Shown here piece after piece: positions 10,074 to 19,810 of a DNA stretch of 64,000 nucleotides (positions within the stretch are counted from its first letter, which is position 1; each line of letters begins with the position of its first letter). Source of the DNA: an uncultured Pelagibacteraceae bacterium (GTDB taxonomy: Bacteria; Pseudomonadota; Alphaproteobacteria; Pelagibacterales; Pelagibacteraceae); contig CACNTW010000003.1 of assembly GCA_902623495.1 (NCBI GenBank), forward strand, positions 36,240 through 100,239. The letters run 5' to 3'. The position numbers and the translations under genes were made by a program. Under the pieces are notes generated by a model. That model searched no databases. It was not told the DNA's origin and saw only the letters and a list, made by a program, of their open reading frames with translations.

Positions 10074-10861
10074 TAATTTTCTTTTTTTGTTAAGTTTGAC
10101 TTTCCAAGATAACTCTCAATTACTTTTTCATTTTTTTTGACTTCTTCAGATGTTCCTTCAAATAAAACTGAACCATCTGCCATTACTATTACTGGATCAC
10201 ACATTCTGCTTATAAAATCCATATCATGCTCTATCATACAAAAGGTGTAATTTTTTTCTTTATTCAATTTTAAAATTGCAGTTCCTAGATCTTTTAAAAG
10301 TGTTCGATTAACTCCCGCTCCCACCTCATCAAGTAAAACCAATTTTGCATCAACCATCATAGTTCTTCCTAATTCTAATAATTTTTTTTGACCTCCTGAA
10401 AGGTTTCCTGCTCTTTCATTAGCTAAATGTGTTAAATTAAGAAAATCTACAACCTCATAAGCTTTTTCTCTAATAACTTTTTCCTCTTTTTTAACTAGTC
10501 CAGGTTTAATAAGCGCATTTAATAAATTTTCTCCACTTTGATTAGATGGCACCATCATTAAGTTTTCTAAAACTGTTAAGTTTGAAAATTCATGTGCAAT
10601 CTGAAAGGTTCTTAATAATCCTCTGCCAAACAACTCATATGACGGTACATCTGTAATATTTTCATCATTAAATATTACCTCTCCATCATTAGATTTTAAA
10701 TTTCCGGCTATTAAATTAAATAATGTTGTTTTTCCTGAACCGTTTGGGCCAATTATTCCAGTGATTGAACCCGATCTAATATTTAATGAGCAATTGGATA
10801 CTGCTGCTAGTCCTCCGAATAATTTTGTAAGATTATTTACCTGTAAGATATTGTCAGACAT
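10073..10861 (-). CDS. livG: HAAT ABC ATP-binding protein (LivG-like)
   Basis: GPNGSGKTT, LSGGQKKLLELGR, LLDEVGAG, IEHDM. Confidence 0.92.
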   Translation of the reverse strand: MSDNILQVNNLTKLFGGLAAVSNCSLNIRSGSITGIIGPNGSGKTTLFNLIAGNLKSNDGEVIFNDENITDVPSYELFGRGLLRTFQIAHEFSNLTVLENLMMVPSNQSGENLLNALIKPGLVKKEEKVIREKAYEVVDFLNLTHLANERAGNLSGGQKKLLELGRTMMVDAKLVLLDEVGAGVNRTLLKDLGTAILKLNKEKNYTFCMIEHDMDFISRMCDPVIVMADGSVLFEGTSEEVKKNEKVIESYLGKSNLTKKEN

Positions 10862-10862
10862 T

Positions 10863-11636
10863 TTACTTACTTTTTTTTAATCTATTCAAGACGCTATTTG
10901 CTGTTTTATTTAGAGATTTATAAAATCCAAGTTTTCTTAATTCTTTAACAGCTTGTTCATTTAAACCTTTTGGAGTTTGTGAATTTTTAACAAGTACTTT
11001 TAAATCTTTATTTGAATTAATTTTTGCATCCTCAGATAAGGCAATAAATAACGAGGTAATATACTTTTGAGAATCACTTCTACTAATTCCCCTTTTTACT
11101 AACCATTCACTCAGGGTTTGTAGTAATTCGTAAAATGGTGCCATCATTGATGAAGTTGACCAAAAATTTAATGATAAGTTTTCATTTTTTATTTCAACAG
11201 TTGTGCCAAGCTTATTAAAAAAATTTCTAACTAGTTTATCTGGTGGAAAAATTGGTACCGGTCCTTTTCTAAGAGAAATTGGAGGCAAAGGAATTGCTCT
11301 AATAATCTTAGTTTTAACTTTAATATATTTTTTTAATTCAGTCATTTTTATAGTTGATATAAAACTTATTATCGTTTGACCTTTTTTAAATTTTAGTTTT
11401 GGAAGAATAATTTTTCCAATCGTTGGTGTTACTGCTAAAAAAACCCAATTTGATTGATTTATAATATCCTGATTATCAGTAGATATTTTTATCTTTTTAC
11501 TTTTTCTTTTAAGTTCACTTGAAATTTTTGAATTTCTCTTTGAAACAATTATTTTATTAATTTTTAATTTTGATCCCAGTATTCCATTGATTACTGATTT
11601 TGAGATATGTCCTGTACCAATAAATCCGATTTTCAT
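10863..11636 (-). CDS. proC: Pyrroline-5-carboxylate reductase family protein (divergent ProC)
   Basis: N-terminal Rossmann motif IGFIGTG, VFLAVTP, IIRAIPLP. The C-terminal SPGGT-equivalent reads TPKGLN. Confidence 0.7.
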   Translation of the reverse strand: MKIGFIGTGHISKSVINGILGSKLKINKIIVSKRNSKISSELKRKSKKIKISTDNQDIINQSNWVFLAVTPTIGKIILPKLKFKKGQTIISFISTIKMTELKKYIKVKTKIIRAIPLPPISLRKGPVPIFPPDKLVRNFFNKLGTTVEIKNENLSLNFWSTSSMMAPFYELLQTLSEWLVKRGISRSDSQKYITSLFIALSEDAKINSNKDLKVLVKNSQTPKGLNEQAVKELRKLGFYKSLNKTANSVLNRLKKSK

Positions 11637-11669
11637 GATAAACTAAGTGATTATTATCACTAAAATTAA

Positions 11670-12590
11670 TTAATTAGTAAAAAAAGAACCTCTTATTCTT
11701 AGTAATTCTCTTGATAATTTTTTATTTTCTACAAATGGTTTTCTACCATGAAGCCAGAAATAGTTATTTGCGACTACTGAAAAGCCAACTGGTAAAGGCA
11801 TTACAATCTTTTTTTGACTTCCCTCTAAAGAGTCTGATAATTTTTGCAGAAATAGCCCTTGTTCCATATTTTTGGGCTCAGGAAATTGATCTATATAGGA
11901 AATTTGTGGTTTTCCATTTTCGTCTTCTGAAAAAACAGGATGTTCCACCTTGTAATCAATATTTTTACTTTTTGGAGAACCCCATATAAAGTTTTGTTTT
12001 CCAACTTTATCATTAGTTAAACTATCTAAATGTTCCCAATCATCAAGGTGTAACATTGCAGTCTCACCTCCTTGAACATTTTCTTCCTCCATTTTTAGCA
12101 TTAATAACCAATCAGTTTTTTCTTTGACGTAAGTTCCATCAGTATGAAGATCCATATTGGTATATGCTTTTCTAAGATATGAGTCGCTATTGTCCTCATG
12201 TTTAACATGAAATCTTGCATAATATTTTCCAGCCATTGAATCAAAATTTGGATTACCAAGTAAGTGTGTTACAGCTGTTGATAGTTTAATAAGAAAATTA
12301 TTATCAATTTTTTTAGATTTATTTTTAGGTCCTATAATAAAACAACCAGTATCTCTATCTCTTAAAACAGAGTTTATAAATTTTCCAAGCTTTTCCCCCG
12401 TAGAATCATCTAAAGATTTTGCAAGTGTAAATCTAGTAAAAGGTTTATATTCAAGAGCTGTGATATCAAATTTTTTAAAAGGAAATATTAATTTATCTAT
12501 AATTTCATCTTCAATTTTAATATTTATTATTCTTTTGGAATAGTCACTAAATGAAATATCAAACCCTTGAATAGTATCTAAGCTATCCAT
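11670..12590 (-). CDS. csiD: Glutarate 2-hydroxylase (CsiD/GlaH), Fe(II)/2-oxoglutarate dioxygenase
   Basis: EYKPFTRF, GKYYARF, MDLHTDGTYVKEKTDWLLM, LHLDDWEHLD, NNYFWLHGR, RELLRIRG match CsiD; facial triad H-x-D...H present. Confidence 0.9.
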   Translation of the reverse strand: MDSLDTIQGFDISFSDYSKRIINIKIEDEIIDKLIFPFKKFDITALEYKPFTRFTLAKSLDDSTGEKLGKFINSVLRDRDTGCFIIGPKNKSKKIDNNFLIKLSTAVTHLLGNPNFDSMAGKYYARFHVKHEDNSDSYLRKAYTNMDLHTDGTYVKEKTDWLLMLKMEEENVQGGETAMLHLDDWEHLDSLTNDKVGKQNFIWGSPKSKNIDYKVEHPVFSEDENGKPQISYIDQFPEPKNMEQGLFLQKLSDSLEGSQKKIVMPLPVGFSVVANNYFWLHGRKPFVENKKLSRELLRIRGSFFTN

Positions 12591-12595
12591 TATAA

Positions 12596-13102
12596 TTATT
12601 TATTACAAACTCCAATTGAATTTGGTCCACATGTTTCGCCATTGGTCCATGTAGCTCCAATTAAATTTGCTCCATCAAAATTAGCATTGGTCATATTTGA
12701 TGAGGTAAAGTTAGCTTCCATTAAATTTGCATTTTGAAAATTTGCTTCAATTAATGTTGAGCCCATAAAATCAACTCTTGTCATATTTGCTCCTGTAAAA
12801 TTAGCTTTTTCAAAATTTCCACCAACTAGAGTTGACTCATATAAGTTAGCTCTAACAAATGTTGACTCTGGAAAAGTTCCAAATGACAAGTTAGAGGTCA
12901 TCATAATACTTTTATCAAAATTTACTTGTATAAAACTTGCGAATGATAAGTTTGAGTTAGGCAAATAACTACCTTGCAAATCTTGTCCATCTGAAAATCT
13001 ACAGTTAGTATAGTCAACTCCATCAGTTAAAGGATCATCACATGCTGCTTGTGAAATACCTGGTATTAAAATTAAGATCAATAGTAAAATAATTTTTTTC
13101 AT
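12596..13102 (-). CDS. Exported pentapeptide-repeat protein
   Basis: Signal peptide, then A(N/D)Fxx pentapeptide repeats capped by Cys pairs at both ends. Confidence 0.9.
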   Translation of the reverse strand: MKKIILLLILILIPGISQAACDDPLTDGVDYTNCRFSDGQDLQGSYLPNSNLSFASFIQVNFDKSIMMTSNLSFGTFPESTFVRANLYESTLVGGNFEKANFTGANMTRVDFMGSTLIEANFQNANLMEANFTSSNMTNANFDGANLIGATWTNGETCGPNSIGVCNK

Positions 13103-13429
13103 TTATATCGTTAAGCTACTTAATAAAAACATAATGATAGCAGAGAATAAAGTTGGGTAAACTAAATTATTTCTAGTTATTTTAAAAATTATTATTGCCA
13201 AAAGCACGACAATAAATCTAGACAAGTAATTACTTTCAGAAAGTGCACCAGCTGGAAATATTATCATTCTAGAAATTAGAGCAGCTAATGTCGAATACGC
13301 TAAATAATTAAACCACCTATATATTTTAGTATTTTCATCTATTATTTCAGATGTAAAAGCTCCTAAAAACCTTGAAATATAAGTAGCTAAAGACGTAATA
13401 ACTATTATTAAAACAATATTAGCTGACAT
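13103..13429 (-). CDS. azlD: AzlD domain membrane protein
   Basis: Small 4-TM protein directly downstream of AzlC; LATYISRFLG motif. Confidence 0.7.
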   Translation of the reverse strand: MSANIVLIIVITSLATYISRFLGAFTSEIIDENTKIYRWFNYLAYSTLAALISRMIIFPAGALSESNYLSRFIVVLLAIIIFKITRNNLVYPTLFSAIIMFLLSSLTI

Positions 13430-14123
13430 TTTTCTCTCCTATTACAAAAGCAACAGTTCCAGCTATAAACCCACCAATCAAAACACACCAATCAGGGCTA
13501 ATAAGATAAAATAAAGGTCCTAAGATAGCTCCTAAAATAATTGAAACATTTAATTTTATAGACTTCATTACCCCTATCATTGTGCAAGTAAAATAGATTG
13601 GATTAATTATAGCTAGTCCAATCATCATTTCTCTATTTAAAAAATCAGCAGAGTAATAACCTAAGATCGTTGAAAAAATTGCTATCAACCAAGTTGCAGT
13701 CCCAATTCCTATCCAAAAGTCGACTCTATATTTTTTTTCAATTTCTTTATAATTATTTTTAAGTATTAACCACGAAGATACCGCAACAAAATGACATGAA
13801 AGATAATACTTCCACCTTGGTTGGCTTTGATGCTTTAATAATGGCATTAATGATACAGTCATCGGATACAACCTTGCGTTCACTAACCAAACAGCAAAAA
13901 ATAAATTAAGTAATGAAACTCCTATCAAAATCGATTCTGCCATCACAAGTGAACCAGGTAATGCATAAGTTAAAAAGGTAGAAAAAATACTTTCTTGAAT
14001 TGTAAAACCTAAATTTTTTAATAAAGCGCCAATTGCTAAAAAACTTAAACCAAGAGCAATTGCAGGGCTATCGAATTCTTTTGCACAAAGAATTCCTTTA
14101 AAAAAATATTTTGAATTAATCAT
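13419..14123 (-). CDS. azlC: AzlC family branched-chain amino acid exporter subunit
   Basis: YALPGS, LVNARLYPM and multiple TM segments typical of AzlC. Confidence 0.8.
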   Translation of the reverse strand: MINSKYFFKGILCAKEFDSPAIALGLSFLAIGALLKNLGFTIQESIFSTFLTYALPGSLVMAESILIGVSLLNLFFAVWLVNARLYPMTVSLMPLLKHQSQPRWKYYLSCHFVAVSSWLILKNNYKEIEKKYRVDFWIGIGTATWLIAIFSTILGYYSADFLNREMMIGLAIINPIYFTCTMIGVMKSIKLNVSIILGAILGPLFYLISPDWCVLIGGFIAGTVAFVIGEKNVS

Positions 14124-14905
14124 CCGCCTAGGAATAGACGTCCAACATCATCATTTTTAAGTAAATCATTGCCTCTTCCCGCTATTGCAGTTTGGCCAGA
14201 TACTAATACATATCCAATATCAGAAAACTCTAAACCTTTTTTGGCATTTTGCTCAACTAGAATAATTGTTTTCTTCTCATTTTTTTGTAAGTCTCCCAAA
14301 ATTTCAAATACCATATCAATATATCTTGGCTCCAATCCAATAGAAGGTTCATCAACTAATAGAACAGATGGTTTCATTACTAAAGCTCTAGATATTTCTA
14401 ATAATCTTCTTTCTCCACCTGATAATACTTTTGCCGGTTGATTTCTTCTATTTCTTAATCTTTCATATTTATCTAATATTTTTTCTGCTTCTTGATATGA
14501 CTCTTCGGTTTTATCTTTAATAAAACCACCCATTAACAAATTTTCCTCAACAGTCATGTCTGGAAAAACTGAGTTATCTTGCAGAATATAAGCTATACCA
14601 ACTGACTTTAATTTTTCAGCTGGAGTTAAATTTGTTATTTCTTTTCCATCAATTTCTATTTTACCAGAAAAAATATTTGTAAATCCATATATAGAATGAA
14701 GTATTGTTGATTTACCTGCTCCATTAGGACCAATTAAACATAATGATTGTGCTTTGCTTACAAATAAATCAAAATTATGTAAAATCTCCATTTTACCATA
14801 TCCAGCATTCAAATTTTTTATTGTTAAATGAATATCTTCGGAAGATAAGTTTTTTAAATCTTCTGCACCAGGTGCTTTTCCTAAAACTTCATATTGATTA
14901 GACAT
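14120..14905 (-). CDS. livF: HAAT ABC ATP-binding protein (LivF-like), second system
   Basis: GPNGAGKST, LSGGERR, VDEPSIG, VEQNA. Confidence 0.9.
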   Translation of the reverse strand: MSNQYEVLGKAPGAEDLKNLSSEDIHLTIKNLNAGYGKMEILHNFDLFVSKAQSLCLIGPNGAGKSTILHSIYGFTNIFSGKIEIDGKEITNLTPAEKLKSVGIAYILQDNSVFPDMTVEENLLMGGFIKDKTEESYQEAEKILDKYERLRNRRNQPAKVLSGGERRLLEISRALVMKPSVLLVDEPSIGLEPRYIDMVFEILGDLQKNEKKTIILVEQNAKKGLEFSDIGYVLVSGQTAIAGRGNDLLKNDDVGRLFLGG

Positions 14906-15645
14906 TATTGAGCCCCCAAATATGCATCAACTACTCTTTTGTCATTTTTAATCTCTTCTGGAGTGCCATTTGCAAGCATTTTGCCGTGTGCAAGACAAAA
15001 TATGTCTTCAGCTAATTGCATAATTACTCTCATATTGTGCTCAATCACAAGTAATGTTATTCCAAAATCTTGATTAACTTTGATTAGTCTATCAATAATT
15101 CCATTAATTAAAGTAGGATTTATACCTGCTGTTGGCTCGTCTAATAATAGCATTTCTGGCTCATTCATTAGTGCCATTGCAAGTTCTAATAGCTTTTGTT
15201 GTCCAAAAGATAGGTCGCCTGCCCTGAGTTTTCTTTTTTGATACAATCCAACAAAATTAAGTAAGTTTTCTGCTTTTTCTGTGAGCTCTTTTGGAATTTT
15301 AGAGAAAATTTTAAACAAACTTTCATCACTACCTTTGTGACTGATAAGCATGTTATCTACACAATTTAATTTTCCGTAAATTCTAGTTTGTTGAAATGTT
15401 CTTAATAATCCAAGTTTTGCAATTACTGGAACAGGTAATTCTGAAACTTCTTTTCCATTAAACTTAATTGAACCATTATCTATTGGATAAGTGCCAACTA
15501 TTGAATTAAATAAAGTAGTTTTTCCTGATCCATTAGGTCCTATAAGTCCTACTATTTTTCCTTTTTCAACTGACATAGAAATATCAACATTAGCTTTAAC
15601 ACCACCAAATGATTTACTTACATTGTTAACTTCTAGAATACTCAT
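14905..15645 (-). CDS. livG: HAAT ABC ATP-binding protein (LivG-like), second system
   Basis: GPNGSGKTT, LSFGQQKLLELA, LDEPTAG, IEHNM, VVDAYLG. Confidence 0.9.
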   Translation of the reverse strand: MSILEVNNVSKSFGGVKANVDISMSVEKGKIVGLIGPNGSGKTTLFNSIVGTYPIDNGSIKFNGKEVSELPVPVIAKLGLLRTFQQTRIYGKLNCVDNMLISHKGSDESLFKIFSKIPKELTEKAENLLNFVGLYQKRKLRAGDLSFGQQKLLELAMALMNEPEMLLLDEPTAGINPTLINGIIDRLIKVNQDFGITLLVIEHNMRVIMQLAEDIFCLAHGKMLANGTPEEIKNDKRVVDAYLGAQ

Positions 15646-16694
15646 TTTAACTCTACCTGTGCTTTTCGATCAGCTTCATCAACAACTTCACCAAATCTTT
15701 CTGGATATTTTTCTCTTAACCATCCCATTAATCCCTCTGGGAAATAAATTACTATAACTACAATTAAAACTCCTAATGCAACATACTGCCAACCAAGGAA
15801 GAATGTCCAAAAACCCTCTTTAAAAAAATGAAATAAAGTTGCACCGATAATTGGTCCCCATAAAGTTCCTTTACCTCCTAGGATCGCCATTAAAACCATA
15901 AATACACCCATTTCTCTTCCATCAAATGCAACATCAGTTGAGTCGATATAACCAACTAAACCTCCCATTATTCCACCAGCAAGTCCACAAAAGAAAGCTG
16001 AAATCATCCATCCAGTTATTTTGTATTTCATAGTCTCGATCCCCATCGCTTCAGCTTTGTCTTCATTATCTCTGATTGCATTCAGAATTAATCTAAATCT
16101 TGTTGTATAAATTGCTCTTACAGCAATGAAAGTTAGTACGAGTGCTCCAAAACTTAAAAAATAAAAAAATTCGCCTCTTGCCTCAAGACCTCCTATATTT
16201 GGAAACGGAGGAGTGGTAAAGCCCTGTCCAGCTCCAATAATTTCAATACCTCCAGAAATTTCTCCTGCTGCAACTCCTAAACCTAATGTACAAATTGCAA
16301 AATAATGACCTCTTAATCCTAAAATTGCATAACCTATTAAACCTGCAACAATTGTTGGGACTACCGCAGCAACTATAAGTCCAGCTGCCATGCCTTGAAA
16401 AAATTGTGAAGGAGTATGTACAAAAGTTTTTTCACCACCACTTTCAGTCCATTCAGCTAATGGAAAGAACATACCAACTTGAACAGATGCGCAAAGATAC
16501 ATTCCCAAACCATAAAAAAGAATATTTCCAAATGTGTTGTAACCCATTTCACCACCTTGGATATTCCAAGTAGTTGCTAGAACAATTAATACACATAGAA
16601 TTGATAATTGAACTTTAAAAGCTGGAAAAATAAATGGTGCAATTAAACCAAATACCAAAATTCCTATATACAAAATCCAACTATTTTTGTTCAT
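15642..16694 (-). CDS. livM: HAAT ABC permease (LivM-like), second system
   Basis: WNIQGGEMGY, LRGHYFAICTL, AIRDNEDKAEAMG, ILGGKGTLWGP. Confidence 0.9.
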   Translation of the reverse strand: MNKNSWILYIGILVFGLIAPFIFPAFKVQLSILCVLIVLATTWNIQGGEMGYNTFGNILFYGLGMYLCASVQVGMFFPLAEWTESGGEKTFVHTPSQFFQGMAAGLIVAAVVPTIVAGLIGYAILGLRGHYFAICTLGLGVAAGEISGGIEIIGAGQGFTTPPFPNIGGLEARGEFFYFLSFGALVLTFIAVRAIYTTRFRLILNAIRDNEDKAEAMGIETMKYKITGWMISAFFCGLAGGIMGGLVGYIDSTDVAFDGREMGVFMVLMAILGGKGTLWGPIIGATLFHFFKEGFWTFFLGWQYVALGVLIVVIVIYFPEGLMGWLREKYPERFGEVVDEADRKAQVELK

Positions 16695-16863
16695 ATAAAC
16701 TCTCTATTTTATCTCTAAAATCTTTATCAACTGTAAAATAATGTCCATTTTCTTCATGAAGACTAGATCCTGTTGAATGATATTCATCTAAATGTTTTTT
16801 AAATTTTTCAATATCTATTTCTATCAGTTTACCATTATCGTCTTTAATTTTAGCTTTTCTCAC
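16681..16863 (-). CDS. Small hypothetical protein (60 aa) inside the ABC operon
   Basis: Fills the gap between the two permeases and overlaps both neighbours; charged, protein-like composition. Confidence 0.6.
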   Translation of the reverse strand: MRKAKIKDDNGKLIEIDIEKFKKHLDEYHSTGSSLHEENGHYFTVDKDFRDKIESLYEQK

Positions 16864-17753
16864 TTTAAATATTCTCTCTTTCTTGAAAGTTTAAATCTTC
16901 TGTAAACTAAAATTAAAACTAATAATAAAAATACTGAACCAATTCTAAATTCTGTACCAAGAATATAATCCGCAAATTCCTCAAATATTCCAAGTCCCAT
17001 ACCTGACATAGCTACTCCAGGTAAATTTCCTAATCCTGCAACAATCACAATCATAAATGATCTTATAGTGTAAGGTAATCCCATGTATGGATGTATGGTA
17101 AATGTTATTGAAATTAATGCTCCAGCTACACCACATAATGCTGCATTTATTCCAAATGTTGCTGCATAAACTTTTTCAGTATCAACACCTAAAATCTTTG
17201 CGGCTCTTGCATTTTGAGCTGTTGCTCTAATAGCGCGACCTAATTTTGATCTTTTCATATAAACTACCAAACAAATTGCAAAGACAATACTGATAAAAGC
17301 AGAAAATATTTTAGAGTTTGGCAGAACAACATTATTATCAAATAACATAGTTGTTCCATATCCTGAGTTAGCCAATACAACATCTGCACCAAATGCAAAG
17401 TTCATTAACTGCATGAAAAGAATACTAATTCCAAATGTTGCCAATATTGAGATGAACAGATCTCTATCGACAACTTTATTTATAACTAATTTGTAAATTG
17501 CAATTCCAACAAAATACATAATAATAGGAGAAACAATTACTCCCCAGGCTGGATGAATGCCGTAGAGATACATAAAGTATGCAATGTATCCTCCTAAGAT
17601 TACAAGGTCTCCCTGTGCAATGTTTATTATATTCATGACACCCCATTGAAGTGCCATTCCATAAGCGATTAATGCAAAAAGTATTCCAAGTAGAAGTCCA
17701 TCAAGACATGCTTGAATAGTTATCATTGGATATTGAAAGACTAAAAAATCCAT
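16860..17753 (-). CDS. livH: HAAT ABC permease (LivH-like), second system
   Basis: WGVMNIINIAQG, SKLGRAIRATAQN, IVIVAGLGNLPG. Confidence 0.9.
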   Translation of the reverse strand: MDFLVFQYPMITIQACLDGLLLGILFALIAYGMALQWGVMNIINIAQGDLVILGGYIAYFMYLYGIHPAWGVIVSPIIMYFVGIAIYKLVINKVVDRDLFISILATFGISILFMQLMNFAFGADVVLANSGYGTTMLFDNNVVLPNSKIFSAFISIVFAICLVVYMKRSKLGRAIRATAQNARAAKILGVDTEKVYAATFGINAALCGVAGALISITFTIHPYMGLPYTIRSFMIVIVAGLGNLPGVAMSGMGLGIFEEFADYILGTEFRIGSVFLLLVLILVYRRFKLSRKREYLK

Positions 17754-17771
17754 AATTTAATTTTGATTTCT

Positions 17772-17803
17772 ATAAAAAAAAGCCCCCTATTTCTAGGGGG
17801 CTT
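17772..17803 (-). terminator. Rho-independent terminator between the SBP gene and the permeases
   Basis: Minus-strand stem AAGCCCCCTA-gaaa-TAGGGGGCTT followed by a T-run. Such terminators commonly set a high SBP:permease ratio. Confidence 0.85.
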
Positions 17804-17815
17804 AATTATTTTATT

Positions 17816-19054
17816 TTATCTTTCAGACCACTTTGGTACTGGATGTATTAACTCAGCTGAAGCCCATTTTAATGGAGCAACAACTTTATTTTCACACTTA
17901 CCAGCATCATCACACATTACTTGGAAAAGTACCATTGGTTTGTCAACATTTTGACCACCAGGTGCAAATTTAATATTTCCATAGAATGTTTGCATGTTAG
18001 TTGCAGCAAGAGCATCTCTTACTTTTTTCTGATCAAAAGTATTTGCTCTTTCAAAAGCATCTTTAAATACTAACAATGCAGCTGAAGACTCTGCAGATTG
18101 ATATGGTGGATCATAGCCAAATTCTTTTTCAAAATCTGCTGCATATGTCATACCATCTTTAAAGAAATCATCTTTGTAAGTTAATGTTTTATGCCATTGT
18201 GAAGCGCATAGTGCATATTGAGAATTTTTACCGTGTTGTTTCGATAATTTTGCAGCATCACAGTGTGTCATTGCCAACATAGGAACGTCAACTTTCATTT
18301 CTGAAATTTGTCTTATTGCTGTTAAAGCTCCTTTTGTATGACCTGAAACAACCAATACATCTGGCTTCATTTGTTTTACTTTAACTAACGTAGCAGCCAT
18401 ATCATTAAGCTCTTTTGGAAGTTTATCGTCGATTATAATTTCAGATCCAGTTTCTTTAGCTGCATCTAAAATACCTAATCTTACGTCTTGTGAGAATGCA
18501 TCTTGCTCGAAAGCTTGTGCAATTCTTACACCTTTACCACCATTTAACTCAACAGCTGTTCTTATTGCTACATCAAGATATAAGTTTGCTGGTGCTAATA
18601 CCGCAAATAGATATTTGTAACCTTTTGTAAACAAAGATCTAGAAGCACCGTTAGCCTCAACCATTGGTACACCATATTTTTCTGTTACTGGTGCAATCGC
18701 TTTTGTCAAACCTGAACTGTATGGCCCAAGCATGAACTCTACTTTATCTTGTGAGATTAATCTTTCTGCTAGCTGAGCTGCTCTTTTTGGGTTTGATTCA
18801 TCATCGTAATAAATAATGTCAAACTTATAAGTTTTTCCCCCAACTTTTACTCCACCCATACTGTTAATTCTGTCAACGGCCATGTTATAGCCATTTTGAG
18901 TATGAACACCATTAGATGAATACTTTCCAGTTAAAGAGATTGCAGCACCTAGAATTATTTTATCTCCAACAACTTTTGCAAATGATACAACTGAAGTTGA
19001 AAATAATAATGCTATTGCAGAAACAAATGTAATTAAAATGTTTTTTATTTTCAT
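17816..19054 (-). CDS. HAAT ABC substrate-binding protein, second system
   Basis: Signal peptide; IILGAAISLTGKY, IIYYDDESNP, LGPYSSG, YQSAESSAA. Confidence 0.9.
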   Translation of the reverse strand: MKIKNILITFVSAIALLFSTSVVSFAKVVGDKIILGAAISLTGKYSSNGVHTQNGYNMAVDRINSMGGVKVGGKTYKFDIIYYDDESNPKRAAQLAERLISQDKVEFMLGPYSSGLTKAIAPVTEKYGVPMVEANGASRSLFTKGYKYLFAVLAPANLYLDVAIRTAVELNGGKGVRIAQAFEQDAFSQDVRLGILDAAKETGSEIIIDDKLPKELNDMAATLVKVKQMKPDVLVVSGHTKGALTAIRQISEMKVDVPMLAMTHCDAAKLSKQHGKNSQYALCASQWHKTLTYKDDFFKDGMTYAADFEKEFGYDPPYQSAESSAALLVFKDAFERANTFDQKKVRDALAATNMQTFYGNIKFAPGGQNVDKPMVLFQVMCDDAGKCENKVVAPLKWASAELIHPVPKWSER

Positions 19055-19142
19055 TTATTCCCCTTTAATTAATTAATTAATAAAGTTTAAATAAATAACA
19101 AAAATTATTTAATTGCAAGTGGGAGTAGTAACGCAATTTATC

Positions 19143-19757
19143 TTAGTATTGTTGAGTAAATGCAATAATTATAGCTATCAAAATTATCACACAAGCTGAA
19201 ATTGTATTTATAATTTTAGGATTAGCTTTAATCCAAACAATTAATTTATTAGCTAAGATTGCATAACCAACCAAAGATAGAAAATCTAATACGACATAAG
19301 TTGTTATTAAAATAATAAACTGAATAATATAATTAGAATTAAAATCTATAAATTGTGGAAATATAAATGGGAAGAACATCCATGCTTTAGGACTTGTTCC
19401 TGCAACTAAAAAACCATCTTTATAAAACGATAAAAAACTTTTATCTAAAATATCTTTTGTATTTATATCTTTAGGTCTCGATTTATAAATATCGTATGCA
19501 AGATATGTTAAATAAGCGATACCTAACCACTTTAAAGTATTTAATATTGTTGGATTGTCAGACAAAAAGGATCCAATAACAAAAATTACTAAAGTTGCCT
19601 GAATAATATTTGCCGATACATCTCCTAACGCAGTCCAAACACATTTTTGAACACCATAATTCATTGAGTAAGAAATAATTACAATTCTAGGCGTTCCAGG
19701 AGTTATGAACATAAAAATTATGATCTGTAAAAAAAGGATAAAATCTAAGGGAAGCAT
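19143..19757 (-). CDS. LysE/RhtB family amino acid exporter
   Basis: ITPGTP, GIAYLTYLA, AGTSPKAWMFF (NPK-equivalent) motifs; six TM segments. Confidence 0.85.
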   Translation of the reverse strand: MLPLDFILFLQIIIFMFITPGTPRIVIISYSMNYGVQKCVWTALGDVSANIIQATLVIFVIGSFLSDNPTILNTLKWLGIAYLTYLAYDIYKSRPKDINTKDILDKSFLSFYKDGFLVAGTSPKAWMFFPFIFPQFIDFNSNYIIQFIILITTYVVLDFLSLVGYAILANKLIVWIKANPKIINTISACVIILIAIIIAFTQQY

Positions 19758-19763
19758 TTTAAG

Positions 19764-19810
19764 GATAGTCCTAAAAAACCGGGAGCTAAAGATGGCTAGA
19801 TAGGACTATC
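19764..19810 (-). promoter_or_regulatory. Structured 5' leader of the LysE/RhtB gene (hairpin occluding the RBS)
   Basis: Perfect 10-bp inverted repeat GATAGTCCTA / TAGGACTATC around a relatively GC-rich 27-nt interior. The 3' arm on the minus strand contains AGGA, 11 nt before the ATG. Confidence 0.6.

Noticed and set aside
12596-13102. Pentapeptide protein as a Qnr/MfpA-type gyrase protector
   Set aside because: It has a signal peptide and Cys caps, so it is exported rather than cytoplasmic.
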